A DNA stretch of 63,686 bases, filler included, from Octopus bimaculoides (lineage: Eukaryota): NCBI RefSeq assembly GCF_001194135.2. It is 6 parts of 5 records of this genome, joined end to end, with 100 filler letters (N's around TTAATTAATTAA, not from the genome) between each part and the next. Parts side by side here need not be neighbours in the genome. Positions count along the whole stretch, not along the records: positions 47,487 to 56,469 come from NC_068998.1; positions 56,570 to 58,618 come from NC_068993.1; positions 58,719 to 61,986 come from NC_068990.1; positions 62,087 to 63,686 come from NC_068992.1; 2 more parts are not named here. One strand, 5' to 3'. Under the pieces are notes generated by a model, which saw only the letters and a list, made by a program, of their open reading frames with translations, was not told where the DNA came from and ran no database searches. The position numbers and the translations under genes were made by a program. Every line of letters begins with the position of its first letter. The stretch's first letter is position 1. Below are positions 52,032-63,686 of the stretch, piece after piece.

Positions 52032-52789
52032 NNNNNNNNNNNNNNNNNNNNNNNNNNNNNNNNNNNNNNNNNNNNNNNNNNNNNNNNNNNNNNNNNNNNN
52101 NNNNNNNNNNNNNNNNNNNNNNNNNNNNNNNNNNNNNNNNNNNNNNNNNNNNNNNNNNNNNNNNNNNNNNNNNNNNNNNNNNNNNNNNNNNNNNNNNNNN
52201 NNNNNNNNNNNNNNNNNNNNNNNNNNNNNNNNNNNNNNNNNNNNNNNNNNNNNNNNNNNNNNNNNNNNNNNNNNNNNNNNNNNNNNNNNNNNNNNNNNNN
52301 NNNNNNNNNNNNNNNNNNNNNNNNNNNNNNNNNNNNNNNNNNNNNNNNNNNNNNNNNNNNNNNNNNNNNNNNNNNNNNNNNNNNNNNNNNNNNNNNNNNN
52401 NNNNNNNNNNNNNNNNNNNNNNNNNNNNNNNNNNNNNNNNNNNNNNNNNNNNNNNNNNNNNNNNNNNNNNNNNNNNNNNNNNNNNNNNNNNNNNNNNNNN
52501 NNNNNNNNNNNNNNNNNNNNNNNNNNNNNNNNNNNNNNNNNNNNNNNNNNNNNNNNNNNNNNNNNNNNNNNNNNNNNNNNNNNNNNNNNNNNNNNNNNNN
52601 NNNNNNNNNNNNNNNNNNNNNNNNNNNNNNNNNNNNNNNNNNNNNNNNNNNNNNNNNNNNNNNNNNNNNNNNNNNNNNNNNNNNNNNNNNNNNNNNNNNN
52701 NNNNNNNNNNNNNNNNNNNNNNNNNNNNNNNNNNNNNNGGGTCTTTGCTAAGAGAAGATTATTATTATAATTATTATTATTGTTGTTAG

Positions 52790-53105
52790 GCATCTAGCTG
52801 GCAGAATTGTTAGCACTCCGGATAAAATGCTGAGTGGCATTTCATCCGGCTTTACATTCTGAATTTAAATTCCGCTGAAGACGTTCTCCCCAAGGCGCCC
52901 CGCAGTGGGATCGAACCCGGAACCATGTGGTTGGGAAGCAAGCTTCTTACCACACAGCCACGCCTGCACTGAAATACAGGGCCCGAGATCTGATTGGGGA
53001 AAAGAGTTAGTCGTTGAAATCGACCTCATTTCGTAAGTTACTTTATAGATCCCGGAGGTTGGGGAATGCAAAGTTGATGTCAGTGGAATTTGAACCCAGG
53101 ACGCA
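52790..53105. mobile_element. Cluster of three SINE fragments in mixed orientation
   Basis: Nin-like head on + (52790-52878), 29937-family head on - (52880-52970), Nin-like body on - (52975-53105). Confidence 0.7.
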
Positions 53106-53829
53106 CAGAGCCGAGATAAATAATATTTTTAAGCAAAAGGACGACATAATTGTGTATAAAAGAGTTTAATTTCACATCTGACTAGAGAAATGTCGGTTAG
53201 AAATGATAGGAATGTTATGTGTTTGTTGTCTGGGACTGCGAAGTAGAAAATAATAGGCTTGTTTGAAAATGCGAGCGTGAGAGCGTGCACATGTTTGTGT
53301 GTGTGTGTGTGTGTGTGTTGAGTGTGTGTGTGCGTTTATTGTTTTCTGCCTTTGTATTTCACTGTGTGTAGGAGGGTTGTATGTGTGTGTTGTGTAGCTG
53401 TGTTTGTGCGTTTACTGGTGAACTATTGTGTCACGGTGTGTGTATCTTTATGTACGTATGTGTGAGGTCTTTGTGTGTGTGCGCGCGCGTGCGTGCATGC
53501 GTGCGTGCGTGTGTTAAATAGAACTAAAAGGTCATGAGTTAAACCCGCTAAAAATATATTTAACTCCGTCAACCAGAGAAGCCAAAACTATTCTAATTAC
53601 CAGAACGCGCGCGCGCGCACTCACCCGCATTATGCATTGTGTTCAGTATTGTCTGCTACATGTTCTGTGGACCATTTCGATTCTGCGTTGAATATAGAAC
53701 ACGACACAGCCTATAATTCCAACGATGGTGTCTCCTGAAGTATAGCAAATATGGAGTTAGTAGCATGGAATGCTGAAATTCTCTGATGTAGCAACACGTA
53801 CCGTCGTGTCCTACATGTCCATGTTGTAG

Positions 53830-54090
53830 TCAGCAGACATAGTTATCCCCTCGGCCCCTTCACAGTTAACGCAGTCGCACGTCCAGTATGTGACATAGCT
53901 AGAAGGTGAGAGAACTGGTACAGGATTGGCTTCCGTCCGGTACTCGTTTTCGCTTGAGTGGACGGGAGTAACATGTGAAGTGAAGTACCTTGCTCAAAGA
54001 CACAATATACCGTCCTATTCGGGAATCGAAACCACCTCTTTAACATCATCAGCTGAACGTTTCTAACCACTGAACCACGCACGCACCTTT
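53830..54090 (-). mobile_element. tRNA-derived SINE
   Basis: A box TGGTTCAGTGGTTAG, B box GGTTTCGATTCC, body TGTGTCTTTGAGCAAGGTACTTCAC. Confidence 0.7.
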
Positions 54091-54139
54091 AGCCACACGA
54101 CTAGAGCCTCTACTTTGGATTGAATAGGAATATTTATGT

Positions 54140-54525
<386 letters not shown>

Positions 54526-55499
54526 TAAAGAGAGATAAAGAGAGAGAGAGATAAAGGGAGAGAGAGAGAGATAAAGAGAGAGAGAGAGTAATGTTTATAT
54601 GCCAACATAACGTGGGAATCCTATAAAGGATGATGTTACTGTTATTTTAACCCATTTCCCTTGCAAATGCTATTGTTGTTTTAGTACCAGGAAAACAACT
54701 TTCCCAGCTGGCTATCGACACAGTTTGTGTCCTTATATAGCATTTGCAAGGAAGGGGGATAAAATAACAGTAACATTGTCCTTTATAGGATTTCTTTCCT
54801 CCTCCTCCGTCTTCTTCTCCTCCTCCGTCTTCTCCTCCTCCTCCTCCGTCTTCTCCTCCTCCTTATTCTCCTCTTCTTCATCATCATCATCATCATCATC
54901 CCGTTTTGTTTTGTTTTTTCTGATTTTTTCCTCTCCCTATCTTTTCTAGATTTCTTTCACTAATCAATGTTTACTCAATTTTCTTTTTGATAAGAATGAA
55001 ATAAAAAATAATTTAATCAAGCATTTTATGTAGATTCTGTATAATTTACAACGAACGCAACCTCAGAAACTTAAGGGAAACAACTTAAGACACAGCGAGA
55101 GTTACGTCCCTTGAAAATATTTAGATTTTTAAAATCCTTTCTTTGTTTTAATCATTAGACTGCCAGCCATGCTGGAGCACCACCTATGTAGGGCCTAGTC
55201 GAACAAATCGACCTCAATATTTGCTTTTAACGTATGGAGNNNNNNNNNNNNNNNNNNNNNNNNNNNNNNNNNNNNNNNNNNNNNNNNNNNNNNNNNNNNN
55301 NNNNNNNNNNNNNNNNNNNNNNNNNNNNNNNNNNNNNNNNNNNNNNNNNNNNNNNNNNNNNNNNNNNNNNNNNNNNNNNNNNNNNNNNNNNNNNNNNNNN
55401 NNNNNNNNNNNNNNNNNNNNNNNNNNNNNNNNNNNNNNNNNNNNNNNNNNNATAATAAGTGTGAAAATTGAATATTAATTTGATTAACATCAATTTAAA

Positions 55500-55950
55500 A
55501 CCAGTGGCTTAGCAAATTGAAAAATCTGAAGATTCAGAAAAATTATATTACAAACATGTAAGAGGGATGACGACTAAGTGGACATCCATTATGCTAGAAG
55601 ACGACCTGCGGCCTGACCACTAAGAAAAGACTGTTCTGAAGAAAATTCACCAAACGCCAGAACATAAGCGTGCAAGACAAATGAAAAGATACAAAATACA
55701 AAGATTAATCACAGACCGGTTTCGTTGTTAACTACTTACGTAATTACTTACGTAATTGTCTGCAACTCTTCAGTATGATCGTCTTCGCAATATAATTTGC
55801 AGAACTATACACGAGAAGTCCGCATGAGATTGAACATGTATATAGTTCTACCAATTACATTTGGGGTTATATTTCAAAAGTCTTTGTTTTGGCGCGCCAA
55901 ATACCGGAAAAAATTCTGCAGAAAATAATTATCTGCAGTGAATTTTGCCG
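55500..55950 (-). mobile_element. Penelope-like 3' remnant
   Basis: Degenerate GIY-YIG end (LLKYNPKCNW*) ~70 nt upstream of a hammerhead, T-rich downstream; partial inverted copy at 55974-56001. Confidence 0.55.
55707..55780 (-). ncRNA. Minimal type I hammerhead ribozyme
   Basis: GAUCAUA-CUGAAGA-GUUG-loop-CAAC-GAAA-CCG-GUC-UGUGAUU. Intact core, 7-bp helix I (two G-U), 4-bp helix II, palindromic ACCGGU helix III, GUC cleavage triplet. Confidence 0.85.
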
Positions 55951-56299
55951 GTTAGAGAACATAGTTATTTAAATTGCAGACAATTACGTAAGCATACGAA
56001 AGAAAGGCAGATATTTCTGGAAATGGTAGAGACAATTTTAATCCCTCAAAAGATTCTCATCTCCTTACTGTCATGCAGTTCGCCATTCCTTTTTATATGC
56101 TCCGAGGGAGAAAGGTTAAATGATAGCTGCGATACAAGAAGATCGCTCTAAACGACTACATTCATAAGCTCTAATTCTGCAGCTACCCGTTTTCGACCAC
56201 GGGCCGGTTTCACGCAGGATAATTTTCCACAGACCGGGGAAACACACGCATAACAAAACACGATGAAGCGCATAATATAGATATCAATAATTACATACA

Positions 56300-56333
<34 letters not shown>

Positions 56334-56604
56334 CATATTTAAGACAAATAATGCAAAAACACTATGTATATGTCGATAAATTAGAAATATAATTAAAAAA
56401 TTAATTCTTTCTGTGATGCCTTATTTCCAAATGATCCACGACCCGAGAGCCGAAGACGTCTGAACTAATNNNNNNNNNNNNNNNNNNNNNNNNNNNNNNN
56501 NNNNNNNNNNNNNTTAATTAATTAANNNNNNNNNNNNNNNNNNNNNNNNNNNNNNNNNNNNNNNNNNNNATACATATATATACATATATATATATATGCA
56601 TGTG

Positions 56605-56641
<37 letters not shown>

Positions 56642-58214
56642 GTATATATATATGTATATATATATGTACATATATATACACATATATATGTATGTATATA
56701 TATATATATATATACACATGTACCTACCGGTCTGCCTATCTGTTCCTTATCTATCTATCTATCTATCTATATGTACACATAGACAGACAAACAGACAGAC
56801 AGACACACAAACACACGCACACACACGTCAATCAGTAAATTGACGGATAAGGAATAAATAGATAGCTCGGTTGATAGATGGACAGGCAGATGCCACACAG
56901 ACAAACGGTGAGTTAAGAGAGATGTGGGTGATGAAGGGATGCGAACAGAATCTAAAGGGTAGACAAACGGGTAGATGCACAGATGAAAGACATGACGGAC
57001 GGGTAAGAGAAACGTAGTTTCCTTTGAAGGTAACTGACTATGTCAATAGACAGGTAGAATGTAGACAGGTACTCAAACCCTCATGAGTGTGTCCATCTAT
57101 ACTCATATGCGAACGGAACCTGACAGATATTATATGTCAATGATATACATACATACATGCATACATGCATACATACGTACATGAATACATGCATACAAAC
57201 ATATATACATACATACCTACACACACAGTATAATACATACGTATGATACATACATATGCACACACAGACATATTCTTTTATGCGTTTCAACCCTAAGATT
57301 GTGGCCATGCTGGAGCAGATTATGATACGATGTTTGTTGTGTATGTGTGTGTGTGTGTTTGACTTTGTGTATGTGTCTGTTTGTGTGTGTTAGTGGGTAT
57401 GTATGCGTGTGTGTCTAAATTTTTATATTATTATTTATAAATAGGAGAAATAGAACTCATTCCATTAGTATATATAATTTGTTTATTTTAGATGGAAGTA
57501 AGTTACAGAAGTAACTCAAGGGTTGTGAGTTCCGTGCATTTCCCTTGGTAAGCTCTTTGATATGTGCTATGTATGAAACTCTCAAACTGTGGAACGCCTA
57601 AAACATTCTGTCACTTCGGGAACATTCTGTCGATGAAAAAGAGAAGGCAAAACAAATAAATAAATAAAATAACAAGAAGAGGGCTTGTTTATAGAATATC
57701 AAGGTAGACTAACTTACGCAAGTTTCATTAACAATGAATGGTTATTAGTGTTATATCAGGTAACTAAAATAACGAAATTGCATAGTTAAATCTTCAGAGA
57801 TTCGAATCTTTCGGTGCAATGTCGTATTAATTATTGGATTAGTGACAATGTTGCCAAATGCATATATATATGTGTGTGTGTGTGCGTGTGTGTATTCATG
57901 TGAGTGAGTATCCTTATGCATGCACGCGCGCATACACACACTCACACATACATATGCTGTGTAGTTCATTATCCTGAAACGAATAAATGCAGCTTGGACA
58001 TTATCGCGCAACTGTAGTACCAGACAATCACGCATAGCAACGTTTTCGATAATCGAATAGGCTTACATGGCCGAATGATAAGCTTTGATAGTCAGTGATG
58101 AAATTTTAATGAGCAGGCGGATTTCGAACTCACGATAGAAGCCGGTGTTGATAGTTCAAAGCTGTTGGTATGGCAGTATAACAATTCCTCTTGACGGAAG
58201 TCATAGATAGGTAG

Positions 58215-58252
58215 AGAGTTAGATAGATAAACAAATGGATAGATAGATAATG

Positions 58253-58318
<66 letters not shown>

Positions 58319-58355
58319 GGATAGATGTATAGATAGATAGATAAATAGATAGATG

Positions 58356-58416
<61 letters not shown>

Positions 58417-58447
58417 GTGGATAGATGAATAACTAGATGAATAGATA
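58215..58447. repeat. (GATA)n microsatellite
   Basis: Direct reading; the complementary (CTAT)n tract is at 63384-63445. Confidence 0.95.
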
Positions 58448-58618
58448 GGCTTCTTTATTAGCCACACAGGGCTCAACACAGAGGGGACAAAATACAAATG
58501 TAGAGTTTTTCTTTTCGAGGGGGTCGAAAACAAAGCAGAAAAAAAAACAAAAGTGGGGACAACGATGAAAAAAAACATCGCAAAACGTTTGGGGTATTTA
58601 CAAAAAATACGAAATAAT
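58448..58618 (-). mobile_element. LINE 3' UTR end (probably Tx1/L1 clade) abutting (CTAT)n
   Basis: On -: T-rich UTR, ...GTGTGGCTAATAAAGAAGCC then (TATC)n; AATAAA at 58455-58460. Confidence 0.55.
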
Positions 58619-58719
58619 NNNNNNNNNNNNNNNNNNNNNNNNNNNNNNNNNNNNNNNNNNNNTTAATTAATTAANNNNNNNNNNNNNNNNNNNNNNNNNN
58701 NNNNNNNNNNNNNNNNNNT

Positions 58720-59020
58720 AACAAGAAGCAAAAGGACAGAATGAAGCGTTGGACCTTACCTTGCCGACCGCAGCGGGGTACACGATCGCTCTTAATCAGA
58801 ACACGTATTTCTCGTAACGTCGCTGTTTTCTCACTGGCCCCACGTGCTAGCCTTCGACCGCGTGTCGCCGACTTCCGATCTGACACTTCCGATCTGACAC
58901 TTCCGATCTGACCCTTCCGGTCTGGCCCTTCCGGTCTGGCCCTTCCGGTCTGGCTTCACCTCTGTTTGCCTCACCCCTCTCCACCGCAACACATAGCTCG
59001 TCACAGCCCATAACACCACA
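58720..59020 (-). mobile_element. LTR-like sequence with 14-bp internal tandem repeats
   Basis: Starts TGTGGTGTTATGG on -. CpG-rich; (GCCAGACCGGAAGG)x3-4 and (GTCAGATCGGAAGT)x3; cut by a gap. Confidence 0.45.
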
Positions 59021-59033
59021 GTTAAGAAATAAT

Positions 59034-59270
59034 ATGTTTGGAATGACAGTGCTCTACTTATACCCCACTGACACTGAGAAGAAAGAGGCTTGGAAAAATT
59101 ACGCCAAGAGATTGCTGAATGTGAAATATGTTTGGGAGAAAGATATTCTTCATATGCCTTTCTTCCAGTTGATCCAACAGAGAGACCTGCTTTTGAAGTT
59201 GACAGTTACATGGTTGAATGGTCATTAAGAATATGAATGCAGAGAAAGCTACTGAACCAAGGGAGATTCT
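59034..59270 (+). mobile_element. RTE LINE fragment (linker before RT)
   Basis: EKKEAWKNYAKRLLNVKYVWEKD..VDPTERPAFEVDS. Confidence 0.75.
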
Positions 59271-59544
59271 GAAATATTAAACAATATTGAGATTGAGCTA
59301 ATTATTCACTTTTATTATAACCAGGAAGCACTGTACTACGGCCAGGTAGTACAGATTCATGTCACACCTGCTGAATGATATATCTGGAGTAGCCAAGTAT
59401 CTCCTCTATAGCAAGACACCTATTTTCATCCCTTTATTATACTTTAACCTCTCAACTGGCACAAAGCCACCTCCCTCAATATTACTACCCCTCCCAGTTA
59501 GGGATCTTTGTTTTGCAAGTTATTTGGTGACCTCTCTGGTGTCA

Positions 59545-59715
59545 TATAAAAAGCACCCAGTACACTCTGTGAAGTGGTTGACTTTAGGAAAGGCATGTAT
59601 CTGTAGAAACAATGGAGCCTAGTGCAGTTCTATGGCTTGCCAGGTCCTGTCAAACCATCCAACCCATGCCAACATGGATAACTGACATTAAATAATGATG
59701 GTAATGATGATGATT
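59545..59715 (+). mobile_element. RTE-type 3' UTR fragment
   Basis: AAAAGCACCCAGTACACTCTGTGAAGTGGTTG...CCAACCCATGCCAACATGG...AAATAATGATG. Confidence 0.75.
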
Positions 59716-59765
59716 TATAATATGGATTTTATCTCTTACAGAATGAGAAAAACAACAAAACTTAC

Positions 59766-59917
59766 TGTCCTATATTTTCTCCCTCTTCAAATGTGTCTGG
59801 TAAATTACACCCTTTAGTCTCAGGAAGAAATAAAGATAATAGACCAGCTATTATAGCAAAAATTCCAAAGAGAATAACGGGTAAACCAATGCCAAATTTA
59901 GATTCCATTTCTTTTCC
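59766..59917 (-). CDS. SLC22: SLC22 organic cation transporter, TM12 exon (152 bp, phase 0 to 2)
   Basis: Acceptor ttttcatctaattacAG, donor CA|GTAAGT; GKEMESKFGIGLPVILFGIFAIIAGLLSLFLPETKGCNLPDTFEEGENIG with the LPETKG..LP.T.E signature. Confidence 0.92.
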
Positions 59918-60974
59918 CTGTAATTAGATGAAAAAAAACAAATGCTTCACTAAATGCTTGCTCATGAATGTTTTTCCTATATATCCACTGTATTTTACAT
60001 TCATACATTCTTTAAACCTGTATTCTCATTCACTCTTAATTTAATACTCAAATTCAATTCATGTCTGAAATTTAAATTAAATTCTGTTTAATTAATGATC
60101 GAAATGTTCACACTAATTCATTTTTTAATTAATGATCAAAATGTTCACACTAATTCATTTTTGCAAGATATCAATTAATATTTATCAATCCAGTTAATTC
60201 AATCAATGCATAATAGACAGATCATTATTAGTATTCTGAATTTCAGTTGTTCAATGAATTAGTAAAATCATTCTTCAAAGAATGTCCTCTTTAATCATTC
60301 CTCGCTGATACCTGGTCAGTATTCGAATATCCATCAAAATTCATAGATTTCCTGACATTACTCACAAAAGACTACACAAGAAATTTATCTAGATATTTAT
60401 TATAATTCTAAGTTTATATCCAGCCATGCTCCATTTATCTTTCTGATTATGATGCTTCTATTTAGATTTCAGTACATTAAAACAAGTCGATGAAGACATA
60501 TACTAGGTTGCTGAAGTCAATAAACTGACTGTTGAAAGATCAGGAATTGAAACCCTGTTTTTGCATCTTGAATCAAATCGTATTATATTCTTAGAAGAAA
60601 AATACTTTACAGTTTCCATTCAAAGTAAAAGAGTTGATACACACATAGATTATTCATCCATTAACACAATTTCTTATCATTCAGAGTCTTATTTCCATCA
60701 TAATTTTGGAAAAAACCAATGTGACAATATTTTTAGAATCTCATCAAAATAATGATTTTTAACATTGACACATTTAGGGTTAAGTTGATTATATCAATCT
60801 CTGTACTTGTCTACTATTTTATTTTAATGACCTTAGAGGGATGAAAAGCAAAACTGAACTTGACAAGTGTTCAACTCATAGCATAAAGGATCATAATTAA
60901 ATAACAAAAGGTATTTTATCCAACTATCTATCAATTCTGCAAAATTACCTCTCACTAAATCATGGTTTCAAATG

Positions 60975-61150
60975 TTGGTAGAAGGCCAGCAGTTTTAGGG
61001 AAGGGGTAGGTTGATTACATCAACCCCATTGCTTAACTGGTACTTGTTTTATTGACCCCAAAAGCATGAAAGGCATTGAACTTAGAACATAACCAGCTGG
61101 AAGAAATGCTGCTAAGCATTTTATGTGGTGTGCTAACAATTCTGACACCT
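60975..61150 (-). mobile_element. Nin-domain-like SINE, degenerate
   Basis: GGCCAGCAGTTTTAGGG...ACTGGTACTTG...GACCCCAAAAGCATGAAAGGC; another piece at 60825-60950. Confidence 0.65.
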
Positions 61151-61327
61151 TACCTCATTAAAATAAGGAAACTGAAAATGTTGGAGAAATTTAGAAAAGG
61201 TATCAATAACTCACTGATAAAAATGTATAATTATATTAATATAATTATTATTACAATTATATAACTAATATTGTAATTATATAATTAATATATTTCATAA
61301 CTCAATAGTAAAAAAAAAATATCTTAC

Positions 61328-61509
61328 AGCAACAAGAATGTAAGGAGCTGCCATGCTACCAATTCTTCCAAAGCAAGAACTCAAACCAAGTATAGTGTTA
61401 CGTATAACAGTGGGAAAGAGTTCTGTTGTGTAATTGTAAATTATAGCAAATGCTGCTGAAGCTGCAAATTTTCCAGCCAATAAAAGAAGAGTTGAAAGCC
61501 AAACTATAT
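61328..61509 (-). CDS. SLC22: SLC22 organic cation transporter, TM10-11 exon (182 bp, phase 1 to 0)
   Basis: Acceptor tcttttatttcAG, donor GCT|GTAAGA; IVWLSTLLLLAGKFAASAAFAIIYNYTTELFPTVIRNTILGLSSCFGRIGSMAAPYILVA with the ELFPT..R..G....GR.G...AP motif. Confidence 0.93.
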
Positions 61510-61639
61510 CTGAAATAAAAGATGCTGATCATTATAAGATTTAATTGATAAAATGTGCTTTTATTAAAACATTTTGCAGAGGTAAAAAACTGCAAAAAAT
61601 ACACATCCAACCATCTATATTTTCTTTTCATATGTATGT

Positions 61640-61986
61640 TTCTTCTATTTATTAATTGTTGTAATGTGGTGTATGCGTGCGAGTAGATGTAATCGCCTTA
61701 CCTCGGTTTTCCTTTCGTCGACTGCGAGTCTGTCTTGCGGTATCCAATCCTTGAAGCTTGCCCCGACCCAAAGAACACTAGGAATAGCAGCTGCTTCTCC
61801 CAAACCTAGACCGTCGCTTAACACGTCTTGTCCTGACCACAACCCCGTTCGAAAAGGGCACGAATCCCGATCAAGGCTCCCTCTGCCTTTTTTCCCCTTC
61901 CGGTCAACTCGCCCTTCCGGTCAGCCTCCCCAGACACTGACGTCATACTACACGCCACCCTGATCTTAAAAATCACGTTCACCCCT
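61640..61986 (-). mobile_element. LTR-like CpG-rich repeat
   Basis: Shares GACCGGAAGGG repeats and AGGTAAGG with 58720-59020; AATAAA near its 3' end on -; cut by a gap. Confidence 0.4.
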
Positions 61987-62169
61987 NNNNNNNNNNNNNN
62001 NNNNNNNNNNNNNNNNNNNNNNNNNNNNNNTTAATTAATTAANNNNNNNNNNNNNNNNNNNNNNNNNNNNNNNNNNNNNNNNNNNNATATATATGTATAT
62101 ATATACATGTATATAAATATATATATGTATATAAATATATGTATATATATGTATATAAATATATATATG

Positions 62170-62320
62170 TGTTTTTCTCCTTGTCTCCGTATTCTTTCTG
62201 TTGAAGAGCGTAGCTTGAAACGTTAAAGCCTTTCCGTATTCCCGAGCGTCATACTAATACATCCTTTTGTTGTTTACACCACCTGTCCTCGTCTGTTGTT
62301 TTTTCGTACATTTTTCCCAT
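62170..62320 (+). mobile_element. Penelope-like 3' remnant between (TA)n tracts
   Basis: Hammerhead-like motif 62194-62228 and terminal CCTGTCCTCGTCTGTTGTTTTT before (TA)n. Confidence 0.55.
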
Positions 62321-63384
62321 ATATATATATATATATATAAACATATATGTATATATGCATAAATACGTGTGCCTACATACGGAGTATGCGTATATGTATG
62401 AACTTGATACTATACATGTAGGGATATACCGAAACGTATACGCTCTTAGTTTCTCTTTCCATCTCAATCCCCTTCTCTCACTCTCTCTTTCACTCTCTCT
62501 TTCACTCTCACACTTTCACACACATGTAGTTCTGAGTGTGGTATTAGATTATGTGTCTATGCATGTATGATAGTCACGAACAGAGAAATTGAGGTAGCAT
62601 TAAGGCAGCAGTTAGTGGTGTTCATATATATGTGTCCGGTTAAATATCTGCGAGGCATATACGCTTTTAAATTATTAATGAAAATACTTGTACTTGCATT
62701 CTCTTTGACTAACTGTTCTAATGCTTTTGCAAAGCTTATAAATGTCGATGATGATGAGTAGATGGGATTGAATGACGATGACGATGATGCTGATTATGAT
62801 TGTGACGACAGCGATGGTGCTGGTGGTGTTAGTTGTTGTGTTACAAGTACTTGTAGTTATGACAATAATGGTGGCTATGATATACATGATTGTATTGAAG
62901 ACATTTTGAGGATAATGCCGACGATGATGAAGATGATGTGGTTGCTGTTGTGGCGATGGTGTTGGTGGTAATGTTGGTGACGTTGCTGGTGGAGAAGGGA
63001 GTGGTGTTATTACTTGTTGGAGAAGGGAGTGGTGTTATTACTTGTTGGAAGAATTATGAGAAGTCTTGAATAAGTAATCGGATTTTTTGATTAGTAAAAA
63101 AAATAATTAAAAATGAATGCGCAAGACGGTCGTGATAGTATTGTTAGGATTGACGAGGAGGAGAAGAACGCAGATAAAATTGTGGATAAGCTCTAAGATA
63201 CTTATTTGCTTATAATGGTGGTGATCGTTAATACAGCTGTCTACGCGCGGCCTTGTTTATGCGTTCAAGAACATCTCTTTGCAAAAATACGTGTCTCCTG
63301 TCTCGTTCAATACTGGATCATTCTGAACAGAAACATTTTGCAATAATATTCACTTTATTATAAACGAGTAAATGGGGTTCGATC

Positions 63385-63432
<48 letters not shown>

Positions 63433-63445
63433 TTATCTATCTATC

Positions 63446-63686
63446 GCAATCAAATCGGAATCTATTAGGTTTAGTAAAGAACTAGCGATAGATCGAAATA
63501 GAGTAGAGGGAGACTTAGTTAAGAAACTAGAAGAGGCACTTACAACTGGCAGCGCAACCAACGTTTTGGCTGCGAGGATGGCCCTCGACCAACACCTCAA
63601 CGCCAAACACGAAGGTTGCGTCGTCAGAGCTAAAATGCGTGCCTTAAGGAACGAAGGGATCGAAGCTGCGCGAGAAGCCCGGGTGG
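63446..63686 (+). mobile_element. Tx1/L1-clade LINE ORF2 fragment, 5'-truncated at (CTAT)n
   Basis: Open frame to the window end: AIKSESIRFSKELAIDRNRVEGDLVKKLEEAL...HEGCVVRAKMRALRNEG, the endonuclease-RT linker with G..VR.R....EG. Confidence 0.75.

Noticed and set aside
59040-59269. Final SLC22 exon at the minus-strand atttcAG near 59270
   Set aside because: The region is better explained as an RTE fragment on +

Overview
AT-rich, gap-ridden eukaryotic scaffold, dense in microsatellites, tRNA-derived SINEs and LINE/DNA-transposon fossils. The repeat landscape points to a coleoid cephalopod, probably Octopus (inference from recognised repeat types, not a database hit). Two partial, convergent protein-coding genes are supported by splice-phase-compatible exons. 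(1) On + a giant, probably extracellular FN3/Ig-like repeat protein: exons 31922-34469, 35859-36765, 41661-41966, 45021-45134, about 1,290 aa. It carries an inserted beta-sandwich-like domain, a Cys cluster and an RKKR site; both ends of the gene are missing. (2) On - an SLC22 organic cation transporter: last two TM exons 61328-61509 and 59766-59917. Mobile elements include a 5'-intact RTE LINE, R4/Dong and Tx1 LINE fragments sitting in (AAT)n and (CTAT)n, Penelope-like (GIY-YIG) remnants in (TA)n, mariner and DD37D transposons, and a four-level nested insertion. The Penelope remnants carry one canonical minimal hammerhead ribozyme (55707-55780, -) plus several variant-core hammerhead-like motifs. 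No CRISPR array, rRNA or credible tRNA gene was seen.
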